From the NCBI GenBank assembly GCA_949295935.1, contig CASFMW010000004.1:1-48442 (forward strand): a DNA stretch of 48,442 bases. Direction: 5' to 3'. Below are positions 9,115 through 18,837 of the stretch, piece by piece. Every line of letters begins with the position of its first letter. Within the stretch, counting starts at the first letter, position 1. Source of the DNA: an uncultured Pseudomonadota bacterium. GTDB lineage: Bacteria; Pseudomonadota; Alphaproteobacteria; RF32; CAG-239. The position numbers were made by a program, and so were the translations under genes. The notes under the pieces are model-generated. The model ran no database searches. It saw only the letters and a list, made by a program, of their open reading frames with translations, and had not been told where the DNA came from.

Positions 9115-9999
9115 TTATGCAATTTTAGCATTAAATTTCTTTATAAAACCGCAAGGTTTATTGCTGCACCTTAGTCGTCTGAGTTCGGCTTGTCCAAAAT
9201 CTTGTCCCCAGTTGATATATTTTGCTTCGGGAAAAGCTTGAGCAAAAAGTTTGCAATTGGTCGGACCTGCTCCTTTGATATTACTCAAAGATTTTTCAAA
9301 CAAAATCTGTAGATTATTATTATTTTGCTTTTCGCCGATTATAAAGCTGACCGGTTGGTTTTGAACGATTAGAATTTTTCCTATCAAATGAGGTTTGAAA
9401 ATTTTCCAGTTTTTTAAAATTCTATTCAACGCGATATATTCTTCCTCAGAAAATTCGGGATCATATTCTCCTAAGGTTTGTCGTTGTTCAAACTGGAAGA
9501 GCATTTGAATATCTTTGATATCATCTTCTTCTATTTCTTTTTGTTCGTATTCATAAATTTTTTCAAAAAAATTAACATGCTGTCTTTTAACATGAAATTT
9601 TTTTCCAGGAAGTTCTGTTATATCTTGTCTTTTATAGATATATTCCATTGTGTCAGGATCTTCACGAAAAGTGAAATGGTCATTATCCTTTCGGAGCAGC
9701 CTTAAGGCAAAGTCTTCACTGACATTGCGTAATTCGGAATGAGGCGGTAACTTTCTGGCAAAGAGGTTTATCCAATTTTTTTGTTTCCATATTCCTATTG
9801 GGATTTTGTAATAGATTTTTCCGTCGTAATAATATCTTACCCAACACATATTGCCGGAAAAAGCCCATTCGTAATTATATAATTCTTTCCATGCCCACAT
9901 GAAAAAAAATGAATCATCCGCGTTTTTGCTGGGGCATCTTTTTTTAATGTCTAAATACTGGTCCATTTTTTCAAGAGATATTGCCTCAAATTTTAGCAT
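9115..9999 (-). CDS. DUF2156 / aminoacyl-phosphatidylglycerol synthase-like (GNAT-type) domain protein, divergent
   Basis: EYIYKRQDITELPGKKFHVKRQHVNFF, ILFEKS, YINWGQDFG; the usual family motif YINREED.G..GLR is altered. Confidence 0.75.
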   Translation of the reverse strand: MLKFEAISLEKMDQYLDIKKRCPSKNADDSFFFMWAWKELYNYEWAFSGNMCWVRYYYDGKIYYKIPIGIWKQKNWINLFARKLPPHSELRNVSEDFALRLLRKDNDHFTFREDPDTMEYIYKRQDITELPGKKFHVKRQHVNFFEKIYEYEQKEIEEDDIKDIQMLFQFEQRQTLGEYDPEFSEEEYIALNRILKNWKIFKPHLIGKILIVQNQPVSFIIGEKQNNNNLQILFEKSLSNIKGAGPTNCKLFAQAFPEAKYINWGQDFGQAELRRLRCSNKPCGFIKKFNAKIA

Positions 10000-10081
10000 A
10001 AGCTTTACTCCATCATTATTATTTATCTAATTTAGCAAAGCTTGATATAATCTGTTTAATTTGTTTTTGGAGTGGCTGAGC

Positions 10082-11383
10082 TTAATTTTTTTGCAGCATT
10101 TTTTCTAAGCGGGCACAATTTTTGTTAGAAATTTTACAAGTGAAAGAAATGTTTTTTCCTTTAAGATTGCTACTGATTACCTCAGAATTTTCGTATAACC
10201 ACGCAATCTCTTTACCTTTTTCTGCCGCTATGTTAATTTCAAGAATTTTTTCTTCTCGGCTGAGTTTTTCGGCTATGGTTTGCAAAAATTCACCAAGCCC
10301 CAGCCCGCTTACTGCCGAACATACAATCAAAGAAGAATTTCTTTCTGATAGTTCTTTGTAATAAGTTTGTTGTTCAGGCGTTAATAAATCCGCCTTATTT
10401 AAAAGCTCAATATAATTTTCTTCTGTTTCAATATGTTTTAGTCCCAAATGTTCCAAAACATTCAAAACATCTTTTTTTTGCGTTTGTGTTTCCGGATTAG
10501 CCACATCACGAACATGAACAACAATATCAGCGGCTAAAACTTCTTCTAAAGTGGCGCGAAAGGCCATTATCAATTCATGAGGTAAATCTGAAATAAATCC
10601 TACTGTATCTGAGAGGATAACTTCTTGTCCGGTAGGAAGCTTCATTTTTCTCATGGTGGTGTCAAGTGTGGCAAAGAGCAGATCTTTGGCAAAGACATCT
10701 GCTTGAGTTAGGCTGTTAAACAAAGTTGATTTTCCGGCGTTAGTATACCCTACCAAAGCCACTACAGGATAAGGAACTTTTTGTCTTGCGCTTCTTTGCA
10801 AGGCTCTAGTCTTTTTGACTTTTTCCAGCTCTTTTTTTATACGAACAATTTTATCGTCAATAATTCTTCGGTCAAGCTCGATTTGGGTTTCTCCGGGGCC
10901 GCCTAAAAATCCAGCGCCGCCGCGTTGGCGTTCCAAGTGGGTCCAGCTTCGGACAAGACGGCTACGTTGATAAGTTAAATGAGCCAGCTCTACCTGTAGT
11001 TTTCCTTCTTTGGTTTGGGCTCTTTCGCCAAAGATTTCAAGAATTAGCGCCGTGCGGTCAATGACCTTTGTTTTGAGTTTTTTTTCAAGATTTCTTTGTT
11101 GTATTGGACTCAGGCCAGCATCAACAATCAATAGTTCTATATTTTCTTGACTGAATTTTTCTGCCAATTTATCAATATAGCCTTGTCCGAAATAAGCTCC
11201 TGACTTAATTTCTCTCAATTTTACAATTTCGGCACCGGCGATATCCAAGCTTATGGCTCGCGCCAAGCCAACAGCCTCTTCTAATCTGGCTTCGGGAGAA
11301 AGCTTTTGTTCCGAATTTGTGATATTCGGAAAGACAATATAGGCTTTTGCCGCCTTTTTCTCCTCTATCTGAAAATTACTCAA
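10082..11383 (-). CDS. hflX: GTPase HflX
   Basis: GPGETQIELDRR, G1 GYTNAGKS, FATLD, G3 DTVG, G4 NKAD; directly follows hfq. Confidence 0.97.
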   Translation of the reverse strand: MSNFQIEEKKAAKAYIVFPNITNSEQKLSPEARLEEAVGLARAISLDIAGAEIVKLREIKSGAYFGQGYIDKLAEKFSQENIELLIVDAGLSPIQQRNLEKKLKTKVIDRTALILEIFGERAQTKEGKLQVELAHLTYQRSRLVRSWTHLERQRGGAGFLGGPGETQIELDRRIIDDKIVRIKKELEKVKKTRALQRSARQKVPYPVVALVGYTNAGKSTLFNSLTQADVFAKDLLFATLDTTMRKMKLPTGQEVILSDTVGFISDLPHELIMAFRATLEEVLAADIVVHVRDVANPETQTQKKDVLNVLEHLGLKHIETEENYIELLNKADLLTPEQQTYYKELSERNSSLIVCSAVSGLGLGEFLQTIAEKLSREEKILEINIAAEKGKEIAWLYENSEVISSNLKGKNISFTCKISNKNCARLEKMLQKN

Positions 11384-11402
11384 GACTTTGTCAGCCTTGT
11401 GT

Positions 11403-11630
11403 TTATTTTACTTCAGGAAGTTCGATATTAACGGCTGTTCCCGGCATTATGGTTGATACGGCGTGCTTATATATCAACTGGGTGTGCCCGTCTCTTCTTA
11501 ACAAAAGTGAGGTTTCATCAAACCAAGTGATTATTCCCTGCAGCTTTACGCCATTTACCAAAAATACCGTAACAGCAATCTTGTTTTGGCATAAGTCTTT
11601 TAAAAAATCTTCCTGAACGTTTTGTGACAT
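11403..11630 (-). CDS. hfq: RNA chaperone Hfq (divergent)
   Basis: Sm1 [11 protein letters not shown], Sm2 [13 protein letters not shown]; hfq-hflX synteny. Confidence 0.96.
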   Translation of the reverse strand: MSQNVQEDFLKDLCQNKIAVTVFLVNGVKLQGIITWFDETSLLLRRDGHTQLIYKHAVSTIMPGTAVNIELPEVK

Positions 11631-11698
11631 TTTTTTATTCCTTATTATATTTGTTCTTTTTAATTTAAGTACATTTCTTGTTATTAGTAAAGTTTTTT

Positions 11699-13057
11699 TT
11701 ATGAAAATATTTTTTCAACTTTTTTTATGGCTTTTGAGGAGCAATAAACAATTAGTCTATCGCCTTCTAAAATTCGCTCATATATCTCCGGAAAGATAAT
11801 TTCGTCGTTTCTGATAATGGCGCAGACTTTACTGTTTTCTGGTAAATCAAGCTCAACTATTTTTTTATCTGTTATCATCGAGGTTTCATTTATATTTATT
11901 TCCCACACCTCTCCGTAGCCTTGACCTAAGGAATAAGCCTTGCTGATTTTGGCTTTGCGCAATTCTTTTAATATCTCGGATATGGTGACAGATGCGCTGT
12001 CAACAATGATGCTGTCATTCAGATTGCTTACTAATGTATTATAAGAATTTGAATTTACTAATGATATGGTCGTATGAGCTCCGTTTTTCTTGGCAATTAA
12101 AGAGGCTAGCAAATTGTCCTTATCTCGCAAAGTTGTTGAAATTGTGACATCGGTCTCTTCGACATCTGCTTCTTCAAGCATTATATCACTAAGCAATTCT
12201 CCGCAGACGACAGATGTGTGTTCCAACACTCTGGCCAGATAGGCTGCTCGGCGTCTGTCTTCTTCAATTATTTTACAAGATATGATATTATCATCTTCCT
12301 CTAACTTTTGGGCCAGATATAATGATATTTGGTTTCCACCGAAAATCACCACTTTTTCGTTGCTTGGATGATCTGTTCCAAAACTGTGCAGCGCCTCTTC
12401 AATATCTTCTTCCGCGACTAAAAAGAAAAGCTCATCTCCGGCTTCTAAGCAAAACTCTCCTGTTGGAATAAAGTTTTTGCCATTTCTGACAACGCTTACC
12501 GGTGCTAATTTTATCTCTGGTGCGGCAAGGCCTATATGTTCTATGCTGGTTTTTATCAGAGGGCAACTTTCATTGCATTTGATGGAAAGCATATAAATCT
12601 TTTTATCGCCTAAGGGCATGACTGTTGATGCTCCCGGTACTTTTATTATTCCATATATTTCCTCGGCTATTGCCATATCAGGAAAAATTATTAAATCTAT
12701 ATTGATATGATTAGGATTATATAAATCACACCAAATTGGATTTTGATAAGCTTCCGCATCTATTCTGGCAATTTTTTTTCTGATATGAAACAAATAGTCA
12801 GCAACCTGACAAGCAATCATATTAACTTCGTCCGAATTTGTCAGTGCTAATATCATATCTGCACCCTCTGCTCCGGCTTTTTCTAATATTTCAGGATGAG
12901 CTGCATTGCCTAAAATCGGTAAGACATCCCATTCTTTTGCAACCTCATCCAACTTTTGCTGATCTGTATCAATAACGCTTATATCATTATTTCCGTATGA
13001 AAGATAGCTGACTATGTTTTTGCCTATTCTTCCGGCGCCGCAGACAATTATTTTCAT
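11699..13057 (-). CDS. trkA: Trk K+ uptake regulatory subunit TrkA
   Basis: [12 protein letters not shown] Rossmann motif, [11 protein letters not shown], two RCK units, 452 aa. Confidence 0.95.
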   Translation of the reverse strand: MKIIVCGAGRIGKNIVSYLSYGNNDISVIDTDQQKLDEVAKEWDVLPILGNAAHPEILEKAGAEGADMILALTNSDEVNMIACQVADYLFHIRKKIARIDAEAYQNPIWCDLYNPNHINIDLIIFPDMAIAEEIYGIIKVPGASTVMPLGDKKIYMLSIKCNESCPLIKTSIEHIGLAAPEIKLAPVSVVRNGKNFIPTGEFCLEAGDELFFLVAEEDIEEALHSFGTDHPSNEKVVIFGGNQISLYLAQKLEEDDNIISCKIIEEDRRRAAYLARVLEHTSVVCGELLSDIMLEEADVEETDVTISTTLRDKDNLLASLIAKKNGAHTTISLVNSNSYNTLVSNLNDSIIVDSASVTISEILKELRKAKISKAYSLGQGYGEVWEININETSMITDKKIVELDLPENSKVCAIIRNDEIIFPEIYERILEGDRLIVYCSSKAIKKVEKIFS

Positions 13058-14025
13058 CTTTCTTCTTCTCCAAAACTGTCAAAATATTTATCTATCGCAG
13101 CCATGGCCTGCTGATAGTCATTTATTTTGGTATAGGTTTCGCGAAATCTTTTGGCATCGCGCAAGTTTTTACAGTACCAACAAACAAACTTTCGAGAAAT
13201 GGCCAAGCCCATTTCTTGTCCGTAATAGCTGCTTAATTCTTCAATATGTTTCAGCATAAAGGCTTTTATTTCCGTAACAGGAATTTTTCTTGGTTCTGTT
13301 CCGGTTCTTAAATAATCATCCGTTTGACTTATTAGCCAAGGGTTGCCCAATCCGGCACGGCCAATCATAACGCCGTCAACTCCGGTCTCTTTTATCATTC
13401 TTGCCGCATCATAAGGGGTGTTTATATCTCCGTTACCAATAACCGGTATTTTAACGGCTTCTTTTACCTCTCTGATAATATTCCAATCCGCCTCACCGGA
13501 ATAAAAAGCACTGCGCGTACGCCCGTGTACGGTTATATATGAAGCACCGCTAGCTTCACACATTTTAGCAAAATCAACGGCATTTACGCTTGAGGCATCC
13601 CAGCCTTTGCGAAACTTAACACTCACTTTTAGCGGTGTGGCGTCTACGACTGATTTGATGATTTTCTCTGCTAGTTTTACGTCTTTCATTAAAGCTGAGC
13701 CAGACTGATTATTCACAATCTTCTTGACTGGGCAGCCCATATTAATATCCAAAGAATGAGCCCCTAATTCTTCTGCTAATTTTGCAGCCTCTGAAAAAAG
13801 AAACGGATCATTTCCTACCAGCTGAACCACAACAGGATAAGCCTCGTCCCTCACATCAGCTATGCGATAGGTTTTAGGATTTTTTCTTTGAATGGCATTA
13901 ATCGCGACCATCTCTGAGACCATAACGCCTTTTCCGAGTGACGACACCAGCTTTCTTAATGGCTTATCGGTTATTCCGGCCATTGGTGCCATAAAAACAT
14001 TGCTATCAAAATCTAATATTTGCAT
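13054..14025 (-). CDS. dusB: tRNA-dihydrouridine synthase DusB (NifR3 family)
   Basis: MAPMAGITD, DINMGCP, TVHGRTR, GNGDI, DGVMIGR. Confidence 0.95.
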   Translation of the reverse strand: MQILDFDSNVFMAPMAGITDKPLRKLVSSLGKGVMVSEMVAINAIQRKNPKTYRIADVRDEAYPVVVQLVGNDPFLFSEAAKLAEELGAHSLDINMGCPVKKIVNNQSGSALMKDVKLAEKIIKSVVDATPLKVSVKFRKGWDASSVNAVDFAKMCEASGASYITVHGRTRSAFYSGEADWNIIREVKEAVKIPVIGNGDINTPYDAARMIKETGVDGVMIGRAGLGNPWLISQTDDYLRTGTEPRKIPVTEIKAFMLKHIEELSSYYGQEMGLAISRKFVCWYCKNLRDAKRFRETYTKINDYQQAMAAIDKYFDSFGEEER

Positions 14026-14588
14026 TAGGCCTCAAAATTATAATTACGGTTATATTCGTGCATAAAATCTATCAGAATATGCGGTTGGCGGTTTATGTCT
14101 TGTACATAATTATATGTATTTACAGCATAATCAAGGGTTGAATATGAAAACTCTTTTGTCATATTCATGATATTTGCATTTAGTCCGGTATTTTCTTGTG
14201 GTTTTATATAGCTTTGCGCTACTTTATCATAGGCTTCAACTTTATTTTCCGTTCCAAGGCGGTTTAATATTTCTGAAAAATCAAGCCCTGATGTTTCCGC
14301 TGATTCAAGATTCTTTTCCTTATCTGGCTTGTTATACAAGCTTTTCCGATATTTTTCGGCAGCACTTTCTTGCAAGGGATTATCGGACACATATTCTTGT
14401 ACCGTGAACGAGGCTTTGGGTTCTAAATAAGCTTGTCCGAAATAAATTTCTGCTGAAATCGCTTGATTTTTTGCTTCCGGCGCAACCGAAAAGCTCTTTT
14501 TTCCGCTTAAGCGTTCGGCGGAAGCGCCTATGCTTTGCAGAAGCTTATCAATCTCAAGCTGATAACCTTGTGTTGCAGAAATTCCCAT
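14025..14588 (-). CDS. Hypothetical protein
   Basis: 187-aa ORF coupled by 1-bp TAATG overlaps to both neighbours; no recognised motif. Confidence 0.7.
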   Translation of the reverse strand: MGISATQGYQLEIDKLLQSIGASAERLSGKKSFSVAPEAKNQAISAEIYFGQAYLEPKASFTVQEYVSDNPLQESAAEKYRKSLYNKPDKEKNLESAETSGLDFSEILNRLGTENKVEAYDKVAQSYIKPQENTGLNANIMNMTKEFSYSTLDYAVNTYNYVQDINRQPHILIDFMHEYNRNYNFEA

Positions 14589-17500
14589 TAGTTAATTCTA
14601 TCCAATGCTTTTGCTAATACATAATAGAGTTTACCGACATCAGCCCCTGAAATAACAGATAACAGAAGTCCTGATTTTTCGCTGTCTTTAGCTTTTCCTA
14701 CCAGACTTTCAAAATCTGTCAGATAGCGGGTGACGACGTCTCTGAATTCTGCATTCTTTTCAAATTCAGTCTTAATGCCGACAATTTGGCTCCGGCTCAT
14801 GGTTCGGGCAAGATGTCTGACGAACACTGATGTATCTCCGTTATAATATTTTTTCCAGAGTTCTTCTTCTACGCCGGGGTTGAATATTCGGTTAATGTCA
14901 ACCGCTGCAGATTCAAGTTTTTCCAGAACATAAGAAGCGTTTCTTAAGAAGCTATCGACCCTCATGCCTTCATAAAGCTTTTCTAAATCCTTCAATTTTA
15001 GCTCAGCTTTTGATGATGTATCCGTTAAAATTTGAAGCTGCTTTTTGAACAACGCATTAAAGCCGTTTGACTTTTGGAGAATATCTTCTCCTTGCGCGGT
15101 GAACTCTTTTGACGCATTGCTTAAAGAGCCGACGACCTCAGTAACTTTACTAATAGAATCATCACTTGCTGCAACCAAGACATTTGACTGTTTTAAGAAA
15201 ATTTCTCCAGAAGAGCGGATGTCATTGGCAATTCTTTCTGCATTTGAAGAAATTTCGCCAATAGATGCTCTCAGCTTATTTCCGGCATTTTCTAAGCTGC
15301 CGGCGCTTTGTTTGGTCATTTCATCTAGCTGTATACCAAGCTTTTTCAAACTATCGCCAAGGCCTTTTACCTTGTCGTAAGCCTGATTGGCTCTGTCGGA
15401 CAAGACCATTGAGGCATCATTTAATACAGTATTAAAGTAGGTCACCAGCTCTTTGGTACCTTCTGACAAATTCAACATCTTATCATTTTGTTCTGATATC
15501 AGATTATTTATCTCAATAACACCGGTGCTGGCTTCTGCGGTTACGGTATTAAAGCCAGCCAAATACTTTTCATAATCCTTCATGACGGCGCTGACTTTTT
15601 GATTTGAAACTTCTACCGTCTTTGTCAAATCCTCAGAGCTTTGAGATAATGATAAGCCGACTTGTTCAATATTTTTAACAGAGGCTTTAGTTGCTTTGGC
15701 AATATCTTCTCCAATTTTTAGCATCTTATCACCAAGAGAGTCTATATTATATCCGGCTTTGGTGGTAATTTCTGTGATATTTTCGCCGCTATTTTTTATC
15801 TGCTCACTGATTTCATTCAGCTGTTGTGCGACGTTTGTTGACGCTTCAGACAAGTACTTATACTGCTGTGCCAAAGAGGCCTCGCCCAGTCTGGTTTGGG
15901 TTGAAACAACATTTACTACATCTTTTATGCTTTCAGACTGTTGGGTAAGGCTTTCTTTTATACTTTCTGCTTGAGATTGGGTTTTAATTAAAGCTTCATC
16001 CAAGGTCTTTATATGGCCCTCCATAATCATGGCAATGTCTTTACTGCCGGAAGCCATGCTCTCATTCGCAGCTTCAAGGCGGCGGCAATTATCCATAATG
16101 TCGGCTGAAACATTGTCAGCGCCTTCTTTAACTTGATCAAAAATCTCAGCAAAAGATGATATATTTTGGTTAAAATCATCCGTTACTTGCTGCATTTTAT
16201 CTTGCATGCCATTAATTATTCTGACAACAGCATCATTTTGCGCTTCTACAGCTTCATTAATTTTCATAAGTCGGTCAACTGACTGCTCTACGCTACTATT
16301 AATGAAGTTCGAACGTTTGCTGGCATCTTCTTCCAATATTGCTAATCTTGAGAAAACTCTATCGGCGCTTTGTTCAATGATAGAAATTTGTTTTTTCATA
16401 GCGCTGCCGATATTATTTGTATTCTCTGAAATTTTATCACAAATATTGAAAAACTCGCCTTCTTGCTGTTTAAACAATAGGTTAATCATTTCAGCTTTTT
16501 CGTCAAATGCTTTGATGACGTCAGTTACATAACCAATTGTTGTTTCAGCCATATTGCTTAACATGCTGCTTTGCTTGCTAAAGGAGTTAAGCAAATCTTT
16601 ATGTGTTTTTTCAGAAACTTCTGATGATTTGTTTATCATCTCTGTTTGCAATGACAACATATGTGTTAAGTTAGTTGTCTTGCTTTCAATACTGTCATTC
16701 AAATTGTCAATCTTTTGATAATGGCTCTCGAGATTATCGTTGACAACTTTCATTTTATCACAAGTTATATCAACCAGACTTGACATATCATCGGCTTGAG
16801 CCTTGAATTCTTGCTTGAGCTCATTTGTTTTTCCGATAATGTCTTCTGATACGGCATAAGTGGCTTCTATTTGTTCTTTTAAGCTTTTTATTGTATCTTT
16901 AGCATCTTCACCCATCATATTTGAAATGCGGCTCAATTCCTCAATTTCCCGTTTCAGTTCGCCTTTCATTTCTTCAATATGGTTGACTGATGTGCTAATA
17001 ATACGCTGTTGCTGGGTCAAAGAGTTTTCACTTATTTTGCTCTGAGTTACAACTAATGATGAAGTTTCTCCGATACTTTCGGCATTTTTCTTCATTGTCT
17101 GTGAAATTTGTTCCAAAGCTTTTACTGCTGTATTTGATGTATCTTGAAGCAATGTTACTTTTTGCTGTAAATCCTGTGCAGTAACCTGTATTCTGTTTGC
17201 GGCCTCTTGTTCTGCTTCTTTTATTTGCGCTTGGTTGCCCTTTAAAGTCTCATTGACGGAATTTAACTTCAAAATTGACTGATCTGCTGTTTCTGCAACT
17301 GCAGACGCCTCTTTTTTGAGGCTTTCTATAACAATATCAGTATTCTTCTGAGCAATATCCGTTGTTTTTTCTAAAAGTTCGCCATGTTCCTTGATATCTG
17401 ACTGAACAGCCTGCATAATATTATTGATTTCTTCTGAAACACTATTTAATTCGCGGACTTGGATGGCGATGCTTTCTTCTGCCATACCGGCTCTTGAAAT

Positions 17501-18547
17501 AATTTTATCAATCTCAGCCTTAACAACGTCTCCTTGCTCGGCAAATTTTTGCCCCAAAGTATCTGCGTTTTGGTTTAAGGTTTCAACATAGCCCTTCATC
17601 GTATTGTTTTGGCTTTGCATAACATCGGCCAGAGAATTGACACTATTATCAATGTTTTGTCTCATTTTGTCGCATTCGCTGACAGCCTTTTCTGATATCA
17701 ACGCGATTTTTTGAGCCTGAGATTCCAAAATTTCTGATGCTTTTTCAATACTGTTATGGGATTTATCTGCCAATTCCAAGATTGTTTCATTTGCTTTTAT
17801 CATGCGAGCATTGCTCTCTTTGGTGGCTTTTTCGAGCAATTCTGCCGAATATTTTACTTCATTGATATTCGGCAAAACATTTTTGACAAACATATCTGCT
17901 TCTTTGTTCATCTGGGCAAATATGCCGGAAACTTCCGCTCCGATATTCTTAAACTCGCTGCTGTGCGATAAAGCTTTATTGTTCATCATTTCAAACGAAG
18001 TCGTTAATTGTTTTAGGGTATCAGATAACTGGTTAACCGTTTGTGATGAATATTTATCCAAAGTTGAAATAATGCCGGCAAAATCTTCTACCCGCGCATT
18101 TAATTCGTCTTTTATCTTTTGGCTTTGCTCGGTTGCCAATTTGGTGGCATTTTGCAATTCAACAACCTGTGAGCGAATACCGTCAGCCATTGCCTTAGCT
18201 GTTTGGGCAGCACCCTCTTCCGGATAAACAAGCTGGTTCATATAGCTTCTCAGCAATCTGGCCTCGGTCTTGAAGCTTGTTCCACGGTCAATATAGGCCA
18301 CAACAACCCACAATATCGCCAAAGGCAGTGTTACACCGGCTAAAAATCCGCCAAATTCATCCGGCATCATCAGAAACAGGTTAGACCAACCGAAAAACTG
18401 GCTGATGTAAAACAGCACAATGCCAAACCATGCTACACTTGTCCAAATCATCAGTTGGTACAAGTTATTGCTTAGCCAAGTTTGTTTGTTATCTAATTCC
18501 GGAGTAGTCGTTATTGTCGTGTTTTTATTTGATTCATTAGTCGACAT
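14588..18547 (-). CDS. Large two-TM coiled-coil polar scaffold, TipN/GPR/RgsE-like
   Basis: Two N-terminal TM helices, about 1100 aa of helical/coiled-coil sequence, C-terminal LWKKYYNGDTSVFVRHL...EFRDVVTRYLTDFESL...DVGKLYYVLAKA. Confidence 0.7.
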   Translation of the reverse strand: MSTNESNKNTTITTTPELDNKQTWLSNNLYQLMIWTSVAWFGIVLFYISQFFGWSNLFLMMPDEFGGFLAGVTLPLAILWVVVAYIDRGTSFKTEARLLRSYMNQLVYPEEGAAQTAKAMADGIRSQVVELQNATKLATEQSQKIKDELNARVEDFAGIISTLDKYSSQTVNQLSDTLKQLTTSFEMMNNKALSHSSEFKNIGAEVSGIFAQMNKEADMFVKNVLPNINEVKYSAELLEKATKESNARMIKANETILELADKSHNSIEKASEILESQAQKIALISEKAVSECDKMRQNIDNSVNSLADVMQSQNNTMKGYVETLNQNADTLGQKFAEQGDVVKAEIDKIISRAGMAEESIAIQVRELNSVSEEINNIMQAVQSDIKEHGELLEKTTDIAQKNTDIVIESLKKEASAVAETADQSILKLNSVNETLKGNQAQIKEAEQEAANRIQVTAQDLQQKVTLLQDTSNTAVKALEQISQTMKKNAESIGETSSLVVTQSKISENSLTQQQRIISTSVNHIEEMKGELKREIEELSRISNMMGEDAKDTIKSLKEQIEATYAVSEDIIGKTNELKQEFKAQADDMSSLVDITCDKMKVVNDNLESHYQKIDNLNDSIESKTTNLTHMLSLQTEMINKSSEVSEKTHKDLLNSFSKQSSMLSNMAETTIGYVTDVIKAFDEKAEMINLLFKQQEGEFFNICDKISENTNNIGSAMKKQISIIEQSADRVFSRLAILEEDASKRSNFINSSVEQSVDRLMKINEAVEAQNDAVVRIINGMQDKMQQVTDDFNQNISSFAEIFDQVKEGADNVSADIMDNCRRLEAANESMASGSKDIAMIMEGHIKTLDEALIKTQSQAESIKESLTQQSESIKDVVNVVSTQTRLGEASLAQQYKYLSEASTNVAQQLNEISEQIKNSGENITEITTKAGYNIDSLGDKMLKIGEDIAKATKASVKNIEQVGLSLSQSSEDLTKTVEVSNQKVSAVMKDYEKYLAGFNTVTAEASTGVIEINNLISEQNDKMLNLSEGTKELVTYFNTVLNDASMVLSDRANQAYDKVKGLGDSLKKLGIQLDEMTKQSAGSLENAGNKLRASIGEISSNAERIANDIRSSGEIFLKQSNVLVAASDDSISKVTEVVGSLSNASKEFTAQGEDILQKSNGFNALFKKQLQILTDTSSKAELKLKDLEKLYEGMRVDSFLRNASYVLEKLESAAVDINRIFNPGVEEELWKKYYNGDTSVFVRHLARTMSRSQIVGIKTEFEKNAEFRDVVTRYLTDFESLVGKAKDSEKSGLLLSVISGADVGKLYYVLAKALDRIN

Positions 18548-18645
18548 AAATATAAATCCCCTGTTCCCCTAATTAACTTAAAATCTGGGAGCATTTTAAT
18601 CTTATTTTTTTTGAATTTAAAGTGCTTTAAGCGTTTATAACAAAC

Positions 18646-18837
18646 TTATTCACAGCCTTGTTCGTCGCTTCCTTTTTCCAGGATATATTTTAGGCGTCTT
18701 AATGCCTGAATTTTCATTTGTTCTTGATTTAGCGCTGCGGGAACGACGACGCTCGCCTCAATTTGTGTATTGGGCTCTATTGCCGTTACTTTTACAAAAT
18801 TTCCTTGTCGAATATATTCAAACAAAATCTCAGACAT
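18646..18837 (-). CDS. Small conserved alphaproteobacterial protein (DUF6898-like)
   Basis: EILFEYIRQGNFVKVTAIEPNTQIEASVV...ALRRLKY; abuts the parC stop codon. Confidence 0.7.
   Translation of the reverse strand: MSEILFEYIRQGNFVKVTAIEPNTQIEASVVVPAALNQEQMKIQALRRLKYILEKGSDEQGCE

Noticed and set aside
14588-18547. SMC, chemoreceptor or phage tape-measure interpretation of the giant coiled-coil protein
   Set aside because: No Walker motifs, no MCP signalling hairpin and no phage genes nearby; the two TM helices plus C-terminal domain fit a polar scaffold better.
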